Source: a virus
DNA: 64,000 bases
Reading direction: 5' to 3' (one strand)
IMG/VR virus record: IMGVR_UViG_3300005732_000005
Span: 64,001-128,000 of that record
Part shown: positions 10,342-19,618 of the stretch, in pieces
Layout: each line of letters starts with the position of its first letter
Numbering within the stretch: position 1 is the first letter of the stretch
Notes under the pieces: generated by a model
Database searches by the model: none
What the model saw: the letters and a program-made list of their open reading frames with translations, nothing else
What the model was told of the DNA's origin: nothing
Made by a program: the position numbers and the translations under genes

Positions 10342-10959
10342 ATGGCAACTAAAGAAATGCAGTACTCTAGTATGTGTGACAACACTATAGATATGTTCAT
10401 AGGTGATCCTGCGGATATACCTTTAGGGTGGGTAATATCGGATGGAGGGATACATAATGGTATTCAAACGGAAGATTTAAGAGGTATCTTTTTAAAAGGA
10501 GCACCTTCTACAGGAAGGGACCTAAACATACAAAACCATACAACTGCAGCACCATCTAATACTGTTACGGTGAATTCAACCAGTGAACATAGGCACAATA
10601 TACGGTTCAACACTACCACCCTGTCAGAAGGTACTCATGAGCACAGCTTCAGAAGTGTTAATGGATTAGCTTCTTTAAGGTGTAGAGGTTATAACAGGTC
10701 AGGTTTAGATACAAATGGTAACTGGTATGGTTACATACGTTCTCATGGTAATATTAACACTATGATTAGTCAAACTGTAGCTTTACAATATGACGGTACT
10801 ACGAATTCCTCCGAACACTCTCATGCCGTGCTTAAAGATACAAATACTTTTGCAACAGATGACACAGGGTCGGAGCACACGCATAATCTCACAGGTGGTG
10901 ATGGTCAAACTGAACCTAAACACATAAAAGTAATTTACATAACATTCGTGGGATTCTAG
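10342..10959 (+). CDS. Tail-collar/HxH needle fibre protein 2
   Basis: MFIGDPADIPLGWVISDG...DLRGIFLKG collar motif; HRH, HEH, HSH, HTH. Confidence 0.75.
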   Translation: MATKEMQYSSMCDNTIDMFIGDPADIPLGWVISDGGIHNGIQTEDLRGIFLKGAPSTGRDLNIQNHTTAAPSNTVTVNSTSEHRHNIRFNTTTLSEGTHEHSFRSVNGLASLRCRGYNRSGLDTNGNWYGYIRSHGNINTMISQTVALQYDGTTNSSEHSHAVLKDTNTFATDDTGSEHTHNLTGGDGQTEPKHIKVIYITFVGF

Positions 10960-10960
10960 T

Positions 10961-11572
10961 ATGACAATAAGACTAAAATATGCTGTATCAGGATCAGTTA
11001 AACTTTTTGTAGGTGATCCTTTAGACCTAGTAGATACTGGGTGGGAAGTAGTAGAAGACTTGACACTTGAAGGTCACTTTATAAAAGGTGCGGCAGTTAA
11101 TGAAAGTGGTAGCTTAACAACTAAATTTTCAGGTAATACTTCTGTTCAAGGGATAAGCTTAAGTGGGGGTGCTCATACGCACGATGATGCAAATGATTCT
11201 GGATGGATAGGTGATGTTGCAGGAGGGACTTGTACTTCCGACCTCCACAGTCATAGGGCAACTAATAGGACTACATTTTTTGAAGACGCAACGGCTTTCT
11301 TAGAGGGTTGCTCTTATGTAACTTCAAGTGGTTATACAAAAGGCGGGGGTAGTAATAACTCTAGGGCTTTAGGAATAAACCGAGGAACTGGTAATACAAA
11401 CGGAAACTATGTGACAACAGATGCATCAGGACACAACCACCCAGAGGGTGTAGCCAATTATCAACAATTTGATGGTGGTAGTGATCACAATCATGCTATA
11501 GAAGTAGATTCGTGGGATGCAGAAACAAGACCTAACTGTACTAAAGTTTACCTGATTCGATGGACTAGGTAG
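10961..11572 (+). CDS. Tail-collar/HxH needle fibre protein 3
   Basis: LFVGDP...GWEV...GHFIKG; HTH, HSH, HNH x2; ETRP C-terminal motif. Confidence 0.7.
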   Translation: MTIRLKYAVSGSVKLFVGDPLDLVDTGWEVVEDLTLEGHFIKGAAVNESGSLTTKFSGNTSVQGISLSGGAHTHDDANDSGWIGDVAGGTCTSDLHSHRATNRTTFFEDATAFLEGCSYVTSSGYTKGGGSNNSRALGINRGTGNTNGNYVTTDASGHNHPEGVANYQQFDGGSDHNHAIEVDSWDAETRPNCTKVYLIRWTR

Positions 11573-11579
11573 AGAAGCT

Positions 11580-12305
11580 TTAATAAGCTTCTCTTCTATT
11601 AGTAGTAACCCAACTTGTGACAATACTCTTATCAACAGAGCCTACCCGATTACCTCTGTGTTCACAATCTACCCAAGGACTGAATAAAACAAGTTGACCT
11701 GCTTTAGGTCTGACAGCTATCTTCTGCCCAGTGAATACAGTGTATCCTTCTTGATTCTTAGTTACAGGGAGTTCATTAAGTGTAAGCATCCAAGTAAGTA
11801 CCCTAAATCTGCTGCGCTGGTCATCCCCTGCGAAGGTTTCTGAGTGATTGGAAGGGTAACCCCCTCCTTTACCTTTAATGCCGTAAGGGTTGCTCTCCTG
11901 AGGTGCATAGTATTGAAACTGTCCATGTTGTATAGAGTAATAATCTGCCAACACTGTTTCAGGAGAAGGTAAGTTTTGATAACTGTTTAATCCAAAATCA
12001 CCTGCACTGTACAACATGTTAGGATTATCTTTATAGTAATCTACAATACATTCGGCTACCTTCCTCTCTATTTCTTCTGCGACAACTCTGAACTCGTGTC
12101 CAACAGGATATTGCTGAATAGGGTTCATATCTCTCGAATCTTTCACTTCCTTGTTTTTACCACTCCCTGTTACACCATCCCTGTCCTGTCCTTGATCTCT
12201 ATACTTTTTAAATAAAGTATTAGCCTTAAAAGCTAAATCTCCTGAAAGACAATTGTGGTATATACTAATCCCACCTCTTTGGGTTTTCTCTCCCTTGTAC
12301 ATCAC
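11580..12305 (-). CDS. 2OG-Fe(II) dioxygenase (prolyl-4-hydroxylase-like)
   Basis: H-S-E...RVLTWMLTLN...GYTVF...RPKAGQLVLF...HRG...KSIVTSW. Confidence 0.85.
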   Translation of the reverse strand: MMYKGEKTQRGGISIYHNCLSGDLAFKANTLFKKYRDQGQDRDGVTGSGKNKEVKDSRDMNPIQQYPVGHEFRVVAEEIERKVAECIVDYYKDNPNMLYSAGDFGLNSYQNLPSPETVLADYYSIQHGQFQYYAPQESNPYGIKGKGGGYPSNHSETFAGDDQRSRFRVLTWMLTLNELPVTKNQEGYTVFTGQKIAVRPKAGQLVLFSPWVDCEHRGNRVGSVDKSIVTSWVTTNRREAY

Positions 12306-12925
12306 TCGCCTCCCTTTAAATTCTCTTTAAGGAAAATACGTAAACAATTATCATATGTATCGATTGACTCTAAGAACATCTCTTTCTTAGTTTGGAGTTC
12401 TAGGAGTTTCTTATCTGCATCTTCTTTAATGCGATCCATTTCACTTTCAACTTTGGCAAGAGAATAAACCTTCTGCCCACGCTTGTTGACCATATCCATG
12501 TAACAATCAAGGGAAGTTCCTTTTTCCGCAGAGGTTCTTTGTTTATCAGATTCTGTAGATAATTCTTCCACAGAAGATTCAGAGAACTGTTCGATAAAAG
12601 TATCTTCTTGTTCAAAAACATCTTCCACAGTTTTATCCTTTAACCCAAACCCCACTAACAAATCGTCGGGTGCAAGGGATAATTGGTGGAAACCTTTCGG
12701 TATATAGGTCATACCTGTTTTATCAAACCAACCTTCTTCATCGATATCCATTCCCTTTAAGAAAAGTAAACTTTTATCTTCTGAATTCTTAAGGCAAGGG
12801 ACTAAATCTTCCATAAGATTCTCACCTTCTGCAGTTACTAAGTTGAAAAGTTTAATTGGCTTGCCATCTTTTTCTTGTTGACAAATCCATTCATCATCGT
12901 TACCAAACTTACAAATCTTTATCAT
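12302..12925 (-). CDS. Hypothetical protein, C-terminal coiled coil
   Basis: GAGG RBS; overlaps oxygenase start (coupled). Confidence 0.6.
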   Translation of the reverse strand: MIKICKFGNDDEWICQQEKDGKPIKLFNLVTAEGENLMEDLVPCLKNSEDKSLLFLKGMDIDEEGWFDKTGMTYIPKGFHQLSLAPDDLLVGFGLKDKTVEDVFEQEDTFIEQFSESSVEELSTESDKQRTSAEKGTSLDCYMDMVNKRGQKVYSLAKVESEMDRIKEDADKKLLELQTKKEMFLESIDTYDNCLRIFLKENLKGGE

Positions 12926-12961
12926 ACAAATATTCCTCTCTTTTTAAATTAACCTAATTTC

Positions 12962-12979
12962 AGTATAACATGTTATAAT
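12962..12979. promoter_or_regulatory. Back-to-back extended -10 promoters
   Basis: AGTATAACA-TGTTATAAT near-palindrome: TGTTATAAT on +, TGTTATACT on -, between divergent genes. Confidence 0.6.
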
Positions 12980-13009
12980 AAGTAGTCAATAATAATAAAG
13001 GTTATAATT

Positions 13010-14335
13010 ATGGTTAATGAATTGGATGATTGGGGGTTTTACCCCTTAGATGCTCAAGGTAACCCTTACCAAGAAGTAGGTTTACAACATGGAGCTACTT
13101 TTGAAGGCAGAGTAAACTCCAGATTTACAACAGCATGGAACCGAATGAAGATTACGTCTGTTGCTACTCAAAGATCTATATTTGATAGATCTGTCAATGG
13201 AGACTTATCTAAAGGTATATACATCTTAGAATACGAACAACCTCCTACTAAGGATTATGTAAGATTTTTAGATGATTCCAAGGCAAGACAAATATATAAG
13301 AGTCAGCCAAGGGATTTAGTATCTTCTAACTGGTATCTAGATTTTCTAGTATTTGAAGTTCTTGAGTCCACACAACCTCAGGTTGATGTTTGGAGGGCAG
13401 CTAATCTGGACACCCTTTTCAGAACTAAGTTATATAAGGTTGCAGAAAGTACTACTTCTTTTGACAGTTTACAAGATTTTAAAAACTTACAATACCAGTA
13501 CCAAGGTTGGAAAGCAGATAATTACTTAATAGGTGTTTCTAGATACGATACTATGGATGTGGACGAATCTAGGATAAGGTACTTAGATATCACAGCCAAA
13601 AATGATGGTAGGTTTTTTAATACGTTCCACCAAAATGTACATCACAATAGTAAAAACGACTTTCCAAAAGGTATGTATGCAGTATACTCTCAGGCAGAAG
13701 GTTTAGATGTTAATGTACGGTACGATATATCTAGTTTTCAAATAAAGAGGGATTTAGACGGGATTTCGGGATCGGATACACTATTAAGTACCAACAGTAT
13801 AGAGAGAGGGGTAAGACCTAGCGGATATTGTCACTTGATAAGGAGGATTTCTAGTTTTACAAATTCGCCTGAGAGTAACCCTAAATTTCCTGAAATAAAA
13901 GTACCTTCTTATATGTTAGGTACGTATAGAGGTGCTAGAGTGTACACGTTCAAACTAGATAACTCTAATGTGAATAACAACTCGGTAACTTTCAGAAGTA
14001 ATATACATGGTAATGAACCTGTAAACACAAGTACACTTGTACTGGATACAAAAGACCCTAACACAGGCAGCCTACATGGAGGACTTGCGCGCGCGGTAGG
14101 TTTCTTGAAATGTGTTAAGGGTGGCGGTAAACTTAAAGTTTCTAGAAGTGACCCACAAGGGAATTATCTGAGCGTATACCAAGGTTTAACATCTTGTGGT
14201 TTTTATTCTACAGATAATCCTACAAAAATTATTATGCAGGATTCTGCAGACGGTACTGTATTTCTAGGTTTGAATTTAAAATTGGAAGGGACAGGTACTT
14301 TGGAAGGGACAGAGTGGGAAGTGGTTTATATATGA
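13010..14335 (+). CDS. Hypothetical protein, possibly structural
   Basis: 441-aa ORF behind TGTTATAAT promoter. Confidence 0.6.
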   Translation: MVNELDDWGFYPLDAQGNPYQEVGLQHGATFEGRVNSRFTTAWNRMKITSVATQRSIFDRSVNGDLSKGIYILEYEQPPTKDYVRFLDDSKARQIYKSQPRDLVSSNWYLDFLVFEVLESTQPQVDVWRAANLDTLFRTKLYKVAESTTSFDSLQDFKNLQYQYQGWKADNYLIGVSRYDTMDVDESRIRYLDITAKNDGRFFNTFHQNVHHNSKNDFPKGMYAVYSQAEGLDVNVRYDISSFQIKRDLDGISGSDTLLSTNSIERGVRPSGYCHLIRRISSFTNSPESNPKFPEIKVPSYMLGTYRGARVYTFKLDNSNVNNNSVTFRSNIHGNEPVNTSTLVLDTKDPNTGSLHGGLARAVGFLKCVKGGGKLKVSRSDPQGNYLSVYQGLTSCGFYSTDNPTKIIMQDSADGTVFLGLNLKLEGTGTLEGTEWEVVYI

Positions 14336-14338
14336 AAT

Positions 14339-14362
14339 AAAGGGAGCTAGATACTCCCTTTT
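14339..14362. terminator. Bidirectional terminator
   Basis: AAAGGGAG-ctagata-CTCCCTTTT between convergent genes. Confidence 0.7.
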
Positions 14363-14372
14363 ATAGTTATCT

Positions 14373-15464
14373 TTAATTTCTTATTTCTAACTCAAAAAGT
14401 ATACATTGTTTCATATCAGGTAAATAGTTTGTTGAATCCGCATACAGTACTATTTGGATAGTGTTAGCTTGATAGTTACCAGAAGTTTTACCACAAGCCA
14501 CCCATGCTTCATCGAAGGTTAAACTGAAACCTGTAGTCCCTGTGACGTTTGGTAAAGGTCTCATATCTTCATTGTGTAGACCTATCTCCCATACAGGATT
14601 GGTAAGACCAGTTAAAAGTCCTGCACCTGAACTACCATTTAATGTCAATGCACCATTACCTTCAGTTAAGGAAACATCCCACACCTCGTTACCTGTCAAA
14701 GATCCTATGGAAACTCTACCACTACCAAAAGCTGTCAGGTTAGTTATCCCTGCACTGCCAGATGCATCTCCTAGTATAATATCTACAGTTTCATGAAATG
14801 TCTCGTTGCCTCCCTGAGAATGTATCGCAGTATACCCTGTAGCTACGTTCTGGGGGCTATCCGAGTCTAAGGCGGTAATTATAAACCTGAGACCTTCCTC
14901 TCTGTACCTATTAGTTACTGGGTATTTTATGCCTTTATTCCCCCACGCTTGTCTATACAACTCTAAAGTGGTCTTGGTGTCTGTGTGGTTCATTCTTACA
15001 GCACCATCGTAATCTGACAATTGCCTAGGTCGTTGATCATTGAAACCACTTAACATTTTCCATCTTATAGAAGCAGGTACTATCGGTGGGGTAAATCCTG
15101 CAGTACCAGCTACATCTCCTAAGGGGTCTATACCGTCATACACTAAACTGTCATTCCATCCCACAAACCCTTCATAACGTGCATTCCAAATATTACCATC
15201 TGAGTATACACCTCCTCCTGTATAACCTTGCCAGTGTCCGTCAGGGATGTTTATCCAACCATCTTTACCTGTAGGTATATAATCTGGGTCTGGGGGCGGG
15301 TACTCTTGACCAACATCAGGTAATCCTCCACTTCCACCGTCAACATTACCACCTTTACCGAAACCTGCACCTATAAGACCAGTCCCACTCCAACCATTAT
15401 GTCTAGCACCCATATTAATTTCTTGGATGATACCTGACCACCCATTATGTCTTGAATTAGGCAT
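14373..15464 (-). CDS. Putative virion protein, Gly-rich
   Basis: AGGAG RBS; duplicated RHNGWSG at N-terminus. Confidence 0.6.
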   Translation of the reverse strand: MPNSRHNGWSGIIQEINMGARHNGWSGTGLIGAGFGKGGNVDGGSGGLPDVGQEYPPPDPDYIPTGKDGWINIPDGHWQGYTGGGVYSDGNIWNARYEGFVGWNDSLVYDGIDPLGDVAGTAGFTPPIVPASIRWKMLSGFNDQRPRQLSDYDGAVRMNHTDTKTTLELYRQAWGNKGIKYPVTNRYREEGLRFIITALDSDSPQNVATGYTAIHSQGGNETFHETVDIILGDASGSAGITNLTAFGSGRVSIGSLTGNEVWDVSLTEGNGALTLNGSSGAGLLTGLTNPVWEIGLHNEDMRPLPNVTGTTGFSLTFDEAWVACGKTSGNYQANTIQIVLYADSTNYLPDMKQCILFELEIRN

Positions 15465-15477
15465 AATATTCTCCTAA

Positions 15478-15858
15478 TTACTTATAAGTAGCTTCTCGGT
15501 TACCAGCTAGCGAATCTTGGTAGAAGTAGATTGAATATGTACCTGTGACACTTGTTGGAGTAACTGTTACTGAATGCACCCAGTTATTTTCGATAGTGAA
15601 TGATTGTAAATCTGCTGCTGAAAGTGTAACAGTTCGTGCTGCTCCCGCCGCATCTAGTAAGACTTCATCATTAGCTTTAGGATGATACTTCACATGAAAA
15701 GCTAATGTACCTAAATCATCTGTTGTGTTTGCGTATGCAAAAGATACTTGTGTAACAGGTGCTCTCCAATGACTAAGAACAATCTCTTGAGCACCATCTG
15801 CCTGAGTAAGTCCTTCTACTTCTGTTGTATACTTTTCCACTTCGCCTAAATTTGCCAT
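15478..15858 (-). CDS. Small beta-rich protein, possible decoration protein
   Basis: Behind minus-strand TGTTATAAT (15894-15902). Confidence 0.55.
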   Translation of the reverse strand: MANLGEVEKYTTEVEGLTQADGAQEIVLSHWRAPVTQVSFAYANTTDDLGTLAFHVKYHPKANDEVLLDAAGAARTVTLSAADLQSFTIENNWVHSVTVTPTSVTGTYSIYFYQDSLAGNREATYK

Positions 15859-15893
15859 AATTTTTATTTCCTATTGTTGTATAAACTATAGGT

Positions 15894-15938
15894 ATTATAA
15901 CATACCTGTTGATACTTAGGAAGCTTCTGTGGTATAAT
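15894..15938. promoter_or_regulatory. Divergent extended -10 promoters
   Basis: TGTTATAAT on - (15894-15902); TGGTATAAT on + (15930-15938). Confidence 0.6.
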
Positions 15939-16025
15939 AGCTTACAGTAAGAGGGGAGGTGCTTGGTGGACACAACCTTTAGATATTTACACCACTGATT
16001 ATAATCATAAAATAGGAATAAAAAT

Positions 16026-16385
16026 ATGCGTAAGTTAGAAATGGTTTCAAAGGTATACCCTGAGGTTGTAGAAGTTAAAGGTAGTGATGCAGCTATCACT
16101 CATGAGTTAGATCGTGTTGTTGATTCTCTAGAAGTAATCCCTGCTGGTATCACTCTTATTGCAGATGGTTCTGTTGTTACCGCTGCTGCAGGTGATGATA
16201 TTGTAGTGACAGGTTCTCTTGACGGTATTAACTTCTTCGGTTTAGGTGCTACACATGCTGCACCAGCTACTATGGCACTAGATGAGCCTATCCCTGTAGC
16301 AATCACTTCTGCTGTTAAATACCTTCGTTTTACTTCTGCTCAAATCCAGAATACGGAAGAGTGGAAAGCTCATATCGTACTTTAA
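16026..16385 (+). CDS. Small jelly-roll-like protein, possible capsid decoration
   Basis: VTGSLDGINF...KYLRF pattern; capsid-like codon bias; own terminator. Confidence 0.5.
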   Translation: MRKLEMVSKVYPEVVEVKGSDAAITHELDRVVDSLEVIPAGITLIADGSVVTAAAGDDIVVTGSLDGINFFGLGATHAAPATMALDEPIPVAITSAVKYLRFTSAQIQNTEEWKAHIVL

Positions 16386-16398
16386 TAGTGTAAATAAT

Positions 16399-16424
16399 AA
16401 GGAGGCTTAGTGCCTCCTTTTTTA
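16399..16424 (+). terminator. Intrinsic terminator
   Basis: AAGGAGGC-ttagt-GCCTCCTT followed by a T run. Confidence 0.8.
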
Positions 16425-16437
16425 TTGGGAGAAATTT

Positions 16438-16725
16438 ATGTCACAAGAAAACAACGATTTTCAAAAGCAAGCTTTAGGAAAAACACCTTCCGCAGCACTA
16501 GCTATCTGTGGAATAATTATAGCTCTTTCATTAAGTTTCAATATCGCCAATATAAATATTTCTGAAGGCATTAATAGGTGGTTAGCTGCAAAAGCCCTTG
16601 CCACGGAATTAGAGGTTCAGAGAGAAAACGTTCCTGTAGATAAAGAACTTTTAAAAAGAGTTGAAACTTTAGAGGAAGTGGTGGAAGATCTGAAAAAGAA
16701 CTCCCACCCTCCTGCAAGGAAATAA
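16438..16725 (+). CDS. Single-TM coiled-coil protein (holin/spanin-like?)
   Basis: AALAICGIIIALSLSF TM segment plus heptad C-terminus. Confidence 0.4.
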   Translation: MSQENNDFQKQALGKTPSAALAICGIIIALSLSFNIANINISEGINRWLAAKALATELEVQRENVPVDKELLKRVETLEEVVEDLKKNSHPPARK

Positions 16726-16726
16726 T

Positions 16727-17293
16727 ATGGCTACAGATAATACTATAAAACCTGTGGCGATTATAGATCCACAAACCAAACGGGAAGTGTACACATCTTC
16801 CTTAACAAATATGCGGGGAAGCGGTTTTTATGGCTTCCAAGATACACAATACACTGGGGCTAATAAACTCCTTGTAGCAGAAGACATCCAAACAAAACTC
16901 ACTTTCACTAGTCCAACATTTGTCAAAGATAAACGTCCTCAAATAGGAAACACTTTCTACGATATGTATGATTTCACTTCACAAACAATTATGACATATC
17001 CTGAGTTTGAAGATGGTATTTATCGTGTAAGGTTACAATTTGTTGCAGAGAATACTACAGGTGCGAGTGGGCAAGGTGTCAGGGTTAGTCTGTACAGTCC
17101 GTCACAGGGTTTTTCTTTGGATAGGAATACGATTGCACTAGTTAAGGGTGCAGGTGAGCCACAGAGGGTTAGAGAGGTCTTTACCTTCTATTCAGATTCT
17201 TTGACAGATGATGGTTTAGAAATAAGGATCACTCCTTTGAATGGAGATGTTCGTATCTATAATGCTAACCTTTTAATAACAGCTAATATGTAG
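16727..17293 (+). CDS. Hypothetical beta-sandwich structural protein
   Basis: Tightly packed ORF with RBS in structural operon. Confidence 0.5.
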   Translation: MATDNTIKPVAIIDPQTKREVYTSSLTNMRGSGFYGFQDTQYTGANKLLVAEDIQTKLTFTSPTFVKDKRPQIGNTFYDMYDFTSQTIMTYPEFEDGIYRVRLQFVAENTTGASGQGVRVSLYSPSQGFSLDRNTIALVKGAGEPQRVREVFTFYSDSLTDDGLEIRITPLNGDVRIYNANLLITANM

Positions 17294-17301
17294 GAAAAAT
17301 A

Positions 17302-17661
17302 ATGGCTTTTACAAAAACATTTTCTCACACAATAGATATTGCTTCAGGAAATTATTCTACTGGGACAGATGATATTGTGATGAATATTCTCGACAAAGAA
17401 GTTTATACTTTACAATTAACAATTGTAGATGGTGGTACTGCTGTCGATCTAACCTCTCTCACAGCAGAATTCTTGGATGGGACAGTTGCCTTACCAAATG
17501 TATCTGTTACGGATGCTGCTACTGGTAGAGTGGATATTACTTTTGCAGATGTATCTGGTTATTCACAGAATGACGTTAAGAGTATTATCTTGAAGATTAC
17601 AGATGGCACTCTAGAACGTCATTACAAAGGATTTAAGATGTCTTTCTACACATTACCTTAG
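17302..17661 (+). CDS. BppU-N-like Ig-fold protein
   Basis: LQLTIVDGGTAVDLT...VTDAATGRVDITF pattern. Confidence 0.5.
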   Translation: MAFTKTFSHTIDIASGNYSTGTDDIVMNILDKEVYTLQLTIVDGGTAVDLTSLTAEFLDGTVALPNVSVTDAATGRVDITFADVSGYSQNDVKSIILKITDGTLERHYKGFKMSFYTLP

Positions 17662-17678
17662 AAAGAAGATATAGCCTC

Positions 17679-17906
17679 TCAGAGTGGATTTGAGGGGCTT
17701 TCCATAAACATCTCAACAGGACTTTTCCCTCCTAGAATAGAATAATATTCTCCATCCTCCTTATATTGTGAGAAGTAGTGAAGTGCTTCATCTAATTGTT
17801 GCTTCTCTGTTCCACCATACACACTCCACAAACCAAGCTTACACTCAATACTATTTTCCTTCACAATAACACATTTCTGAAAATCCTCTAGTAATTTAAT
17901 AGTCAC
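17679..17906 (-). CDS. Hypothetical protein
   Basis: GGAGG RBS, GTG start. Confidence 0.55.
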   Translation of the reverse strand: MTIKLLEDFQKCVIVKENSIECKLGLWSVYGGTEKQQLDEALHYFSQYKEDGEYYSILGGKSPVEMFMESPSNPL

Positions 17907-17907
17907 T

Positions 17908-18270
17908 TCACACCTCCCAAGTTTTATCTTTCATATCAAAAATACCTTGCTCAAATAAACACACCCCTTGTCCAAGACAGTATGCTATCAAGAACGTATA
18001 GTTGTCAAGCATTTTATATTCTGAACGTTTCTCTATTGCATCCAAGAGAGTGTGATACAAAGTATAACCAATTTTCTTATAAGCTCCATATGCAAAAGTG
18101 CCACTTTCTTTTAGAGAGTGCATTGTTGTTAAGGGTTTACGTTTCTCAGACATGATTATGTAATAATGGTGCGTTAGTTCATCATCAACACACTTTGCCA
18201 GATTAAGTTGTGGAAGATGATATTCACCTTTTCCAATGATAATTTTTCCTTCGATATTTAGTTTGTACAT
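17908..18270 (-). CDS. Hypothetical protein
   Basis: AGGAG RBS. Confidence 0.6.
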   Translation of the reverse strand: MYKLNIEGKIIIGKGEYHLPQLNLAKCVDDELTHHYYIIMSEKRKPLTTMHSLKESGTFAYGAYKKIGYTLYHTLLDAIEKRSEYKMLDNYTFLIAYCLGQGVCLFEQGIFDMKDKTWEV

Positions 18271-18327
18271 GGTATACTCTCCTAAATGTTATTAATTTAG
18301 AAGTATGTTATAATAGAGTATTATATA

Positions 18328-19614
18328 TTGTCAAGAATGATTTTTGTTGAGGAGGTGATTTTGAGAGGAATAGAAGATAGTTTTACAGGTACAAAGTTTG
18401 ATACTCCTAAAGGAGGTGTACTTACTGTGCTAGGTCATAATGGTTTGGCAGGGAATAAGAGGAAGTATTTCGTTGAGTGCAACATTTGTAGCAAGGATGA
18501 GGAGTTATTTCCTGATGGTTTTGTCTCCAGTAAAGGTAACCTTTTAATTGGTAGGATTCCGTGTGGCTGTGCTGTTAGTACTAAGTGGACGGAAGATCAA
18601 AGAATTGTCCAGATAAAACGGAAGTGTGAAGAGAGGGGTTACGATTTTCTAGGGTTGGCAGAAGAGTTTAAAGGTGGTCGTACTAAATTGAAGTTGTACA
18701 ATCCCAAAACAAACAATACTTGGGAAAGTTCAAATATAACAGGTTTCCTTCGAGGAAGTGGAGATCCTATTGAAGGGTTTTTGAAAACTAAGGAGGCTAG
18801 TACTTCACTTGATGAGGTACACATTGAAGAGTTTATTAAGACAGGTAAGTTCTTAGAAGGCACAACCTTCACACGTAATACAACTAAGAAGGATTCTAGA
18901 GGAAGGTATCCGTACTGGGATGTAATATGTCCTTTGTGCAGTGATGATGAATACGTGAAGAATCGTGTATGTTCTGGTATTTTTTCATGCGCGACCAGTC
19001 ACCTTAAAAGGGGTAAACTTACCTGCAGGTGCTCCAAAACTTACCGTTGGACACAAGATCAAAGAGAGTATCAAATCGGAAAAGTATGCTCGCAAGAAAA
19101 CCTTACTTTCATTGGTTGGGAGGGAGAGTATAAAAACTGTAAAAGTAAATTTAATTGGAAGTGCTCAGAAGGCCATAGGAACGTAACTTCTTTAAATGAT
19201 TTCTTAAAAGGTATCAGATGTACACAATGTTTTCAAGAATACTCGGTTATTAACGGTTATTACCCTGACCGAACGAAAGAACAAGATTACTTATATATCT
19301 ACTATTTATCTGAGGAGAATTATCTAAAGGTAGGAAGAAGCTTCAACTTAAGCCGAAGGCAAAAAGAGAACCAAATACGTATAAATAACTACAACCCACA
19401 TTCAAAAATACGTGTCCTTAAAACCTTTACAGGTACTCACAAAGATATATACGATCTTGAACAAAAAATCCTATCTGACTTGAAAAGTTTCCAAGTAAAT
19501 GGTTACGGTTCGAGTGAATTATTGTCTGTAGAAGCCTTACCTTCTATATGGAATATCATTAATAGTTGTCAGGAAGTGACTCTATACCAAAATAAACTTA
19601 TAAAAGAGGAATAA
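18328..19614 (+). CDS. Free-standing homing endonuclease, T5orf172/GIY-YIG type with repeated Zn-binding (CapR-like) domains
   Basis: Two CxxC...GxF...L..G..(P/T)CxC...WT repeats; C-terminal YLYIY...YLKVGRS...RR; likely start TTG 18361 after GAGGAGG; TGTTATAAT at 18306. Confidence 0.75.
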   Translation: MSRMIFVEEVILRGIEDSFTGTKFDTPKGGVLTVLGHNGLAGNKRKYFVECNICSKDEELFPDGFVSSKGNLLIGRIPCGCAVSTKWTEDQRIVQIKRKCEERGYDFLGLAEEFKGGRTKLKLYNPKTNNTWESSNITGFLRGSGDPIEGFLKTKEASTSLDEVHIEEFIKTGKFLEGTTFTRNTTKKDSRGRYPYWDVICPLCSDDEYVKNRVCSGIFSCATSHLKRGKLTCRCSKTYRWTQDQREYQIGKVCSQENLTFIGWEGEYKNCKSKFNWKCSEGHRNVTSLNDFLKGIRCTQCFQEYSVINGYYPDRTKEQDYLYIYYLSEENYLKVGRSFNLSRRQKENQIRINNYNPHSKIRVLKTFTGTHKDIYDLEQKILSDLKSFQVNGYGSSELLSVEALPSIWNIINSCQEVTLYQNKLIKEE

Positions 19615-19618
19615 AATA

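Noticed and set aside
9679-11572. Invertible or DGR-diversified fibre cassette
   Set aside because: Each paralogue is a complete same-strand gene; no invertase, inverted crossover sites or template repeat seen
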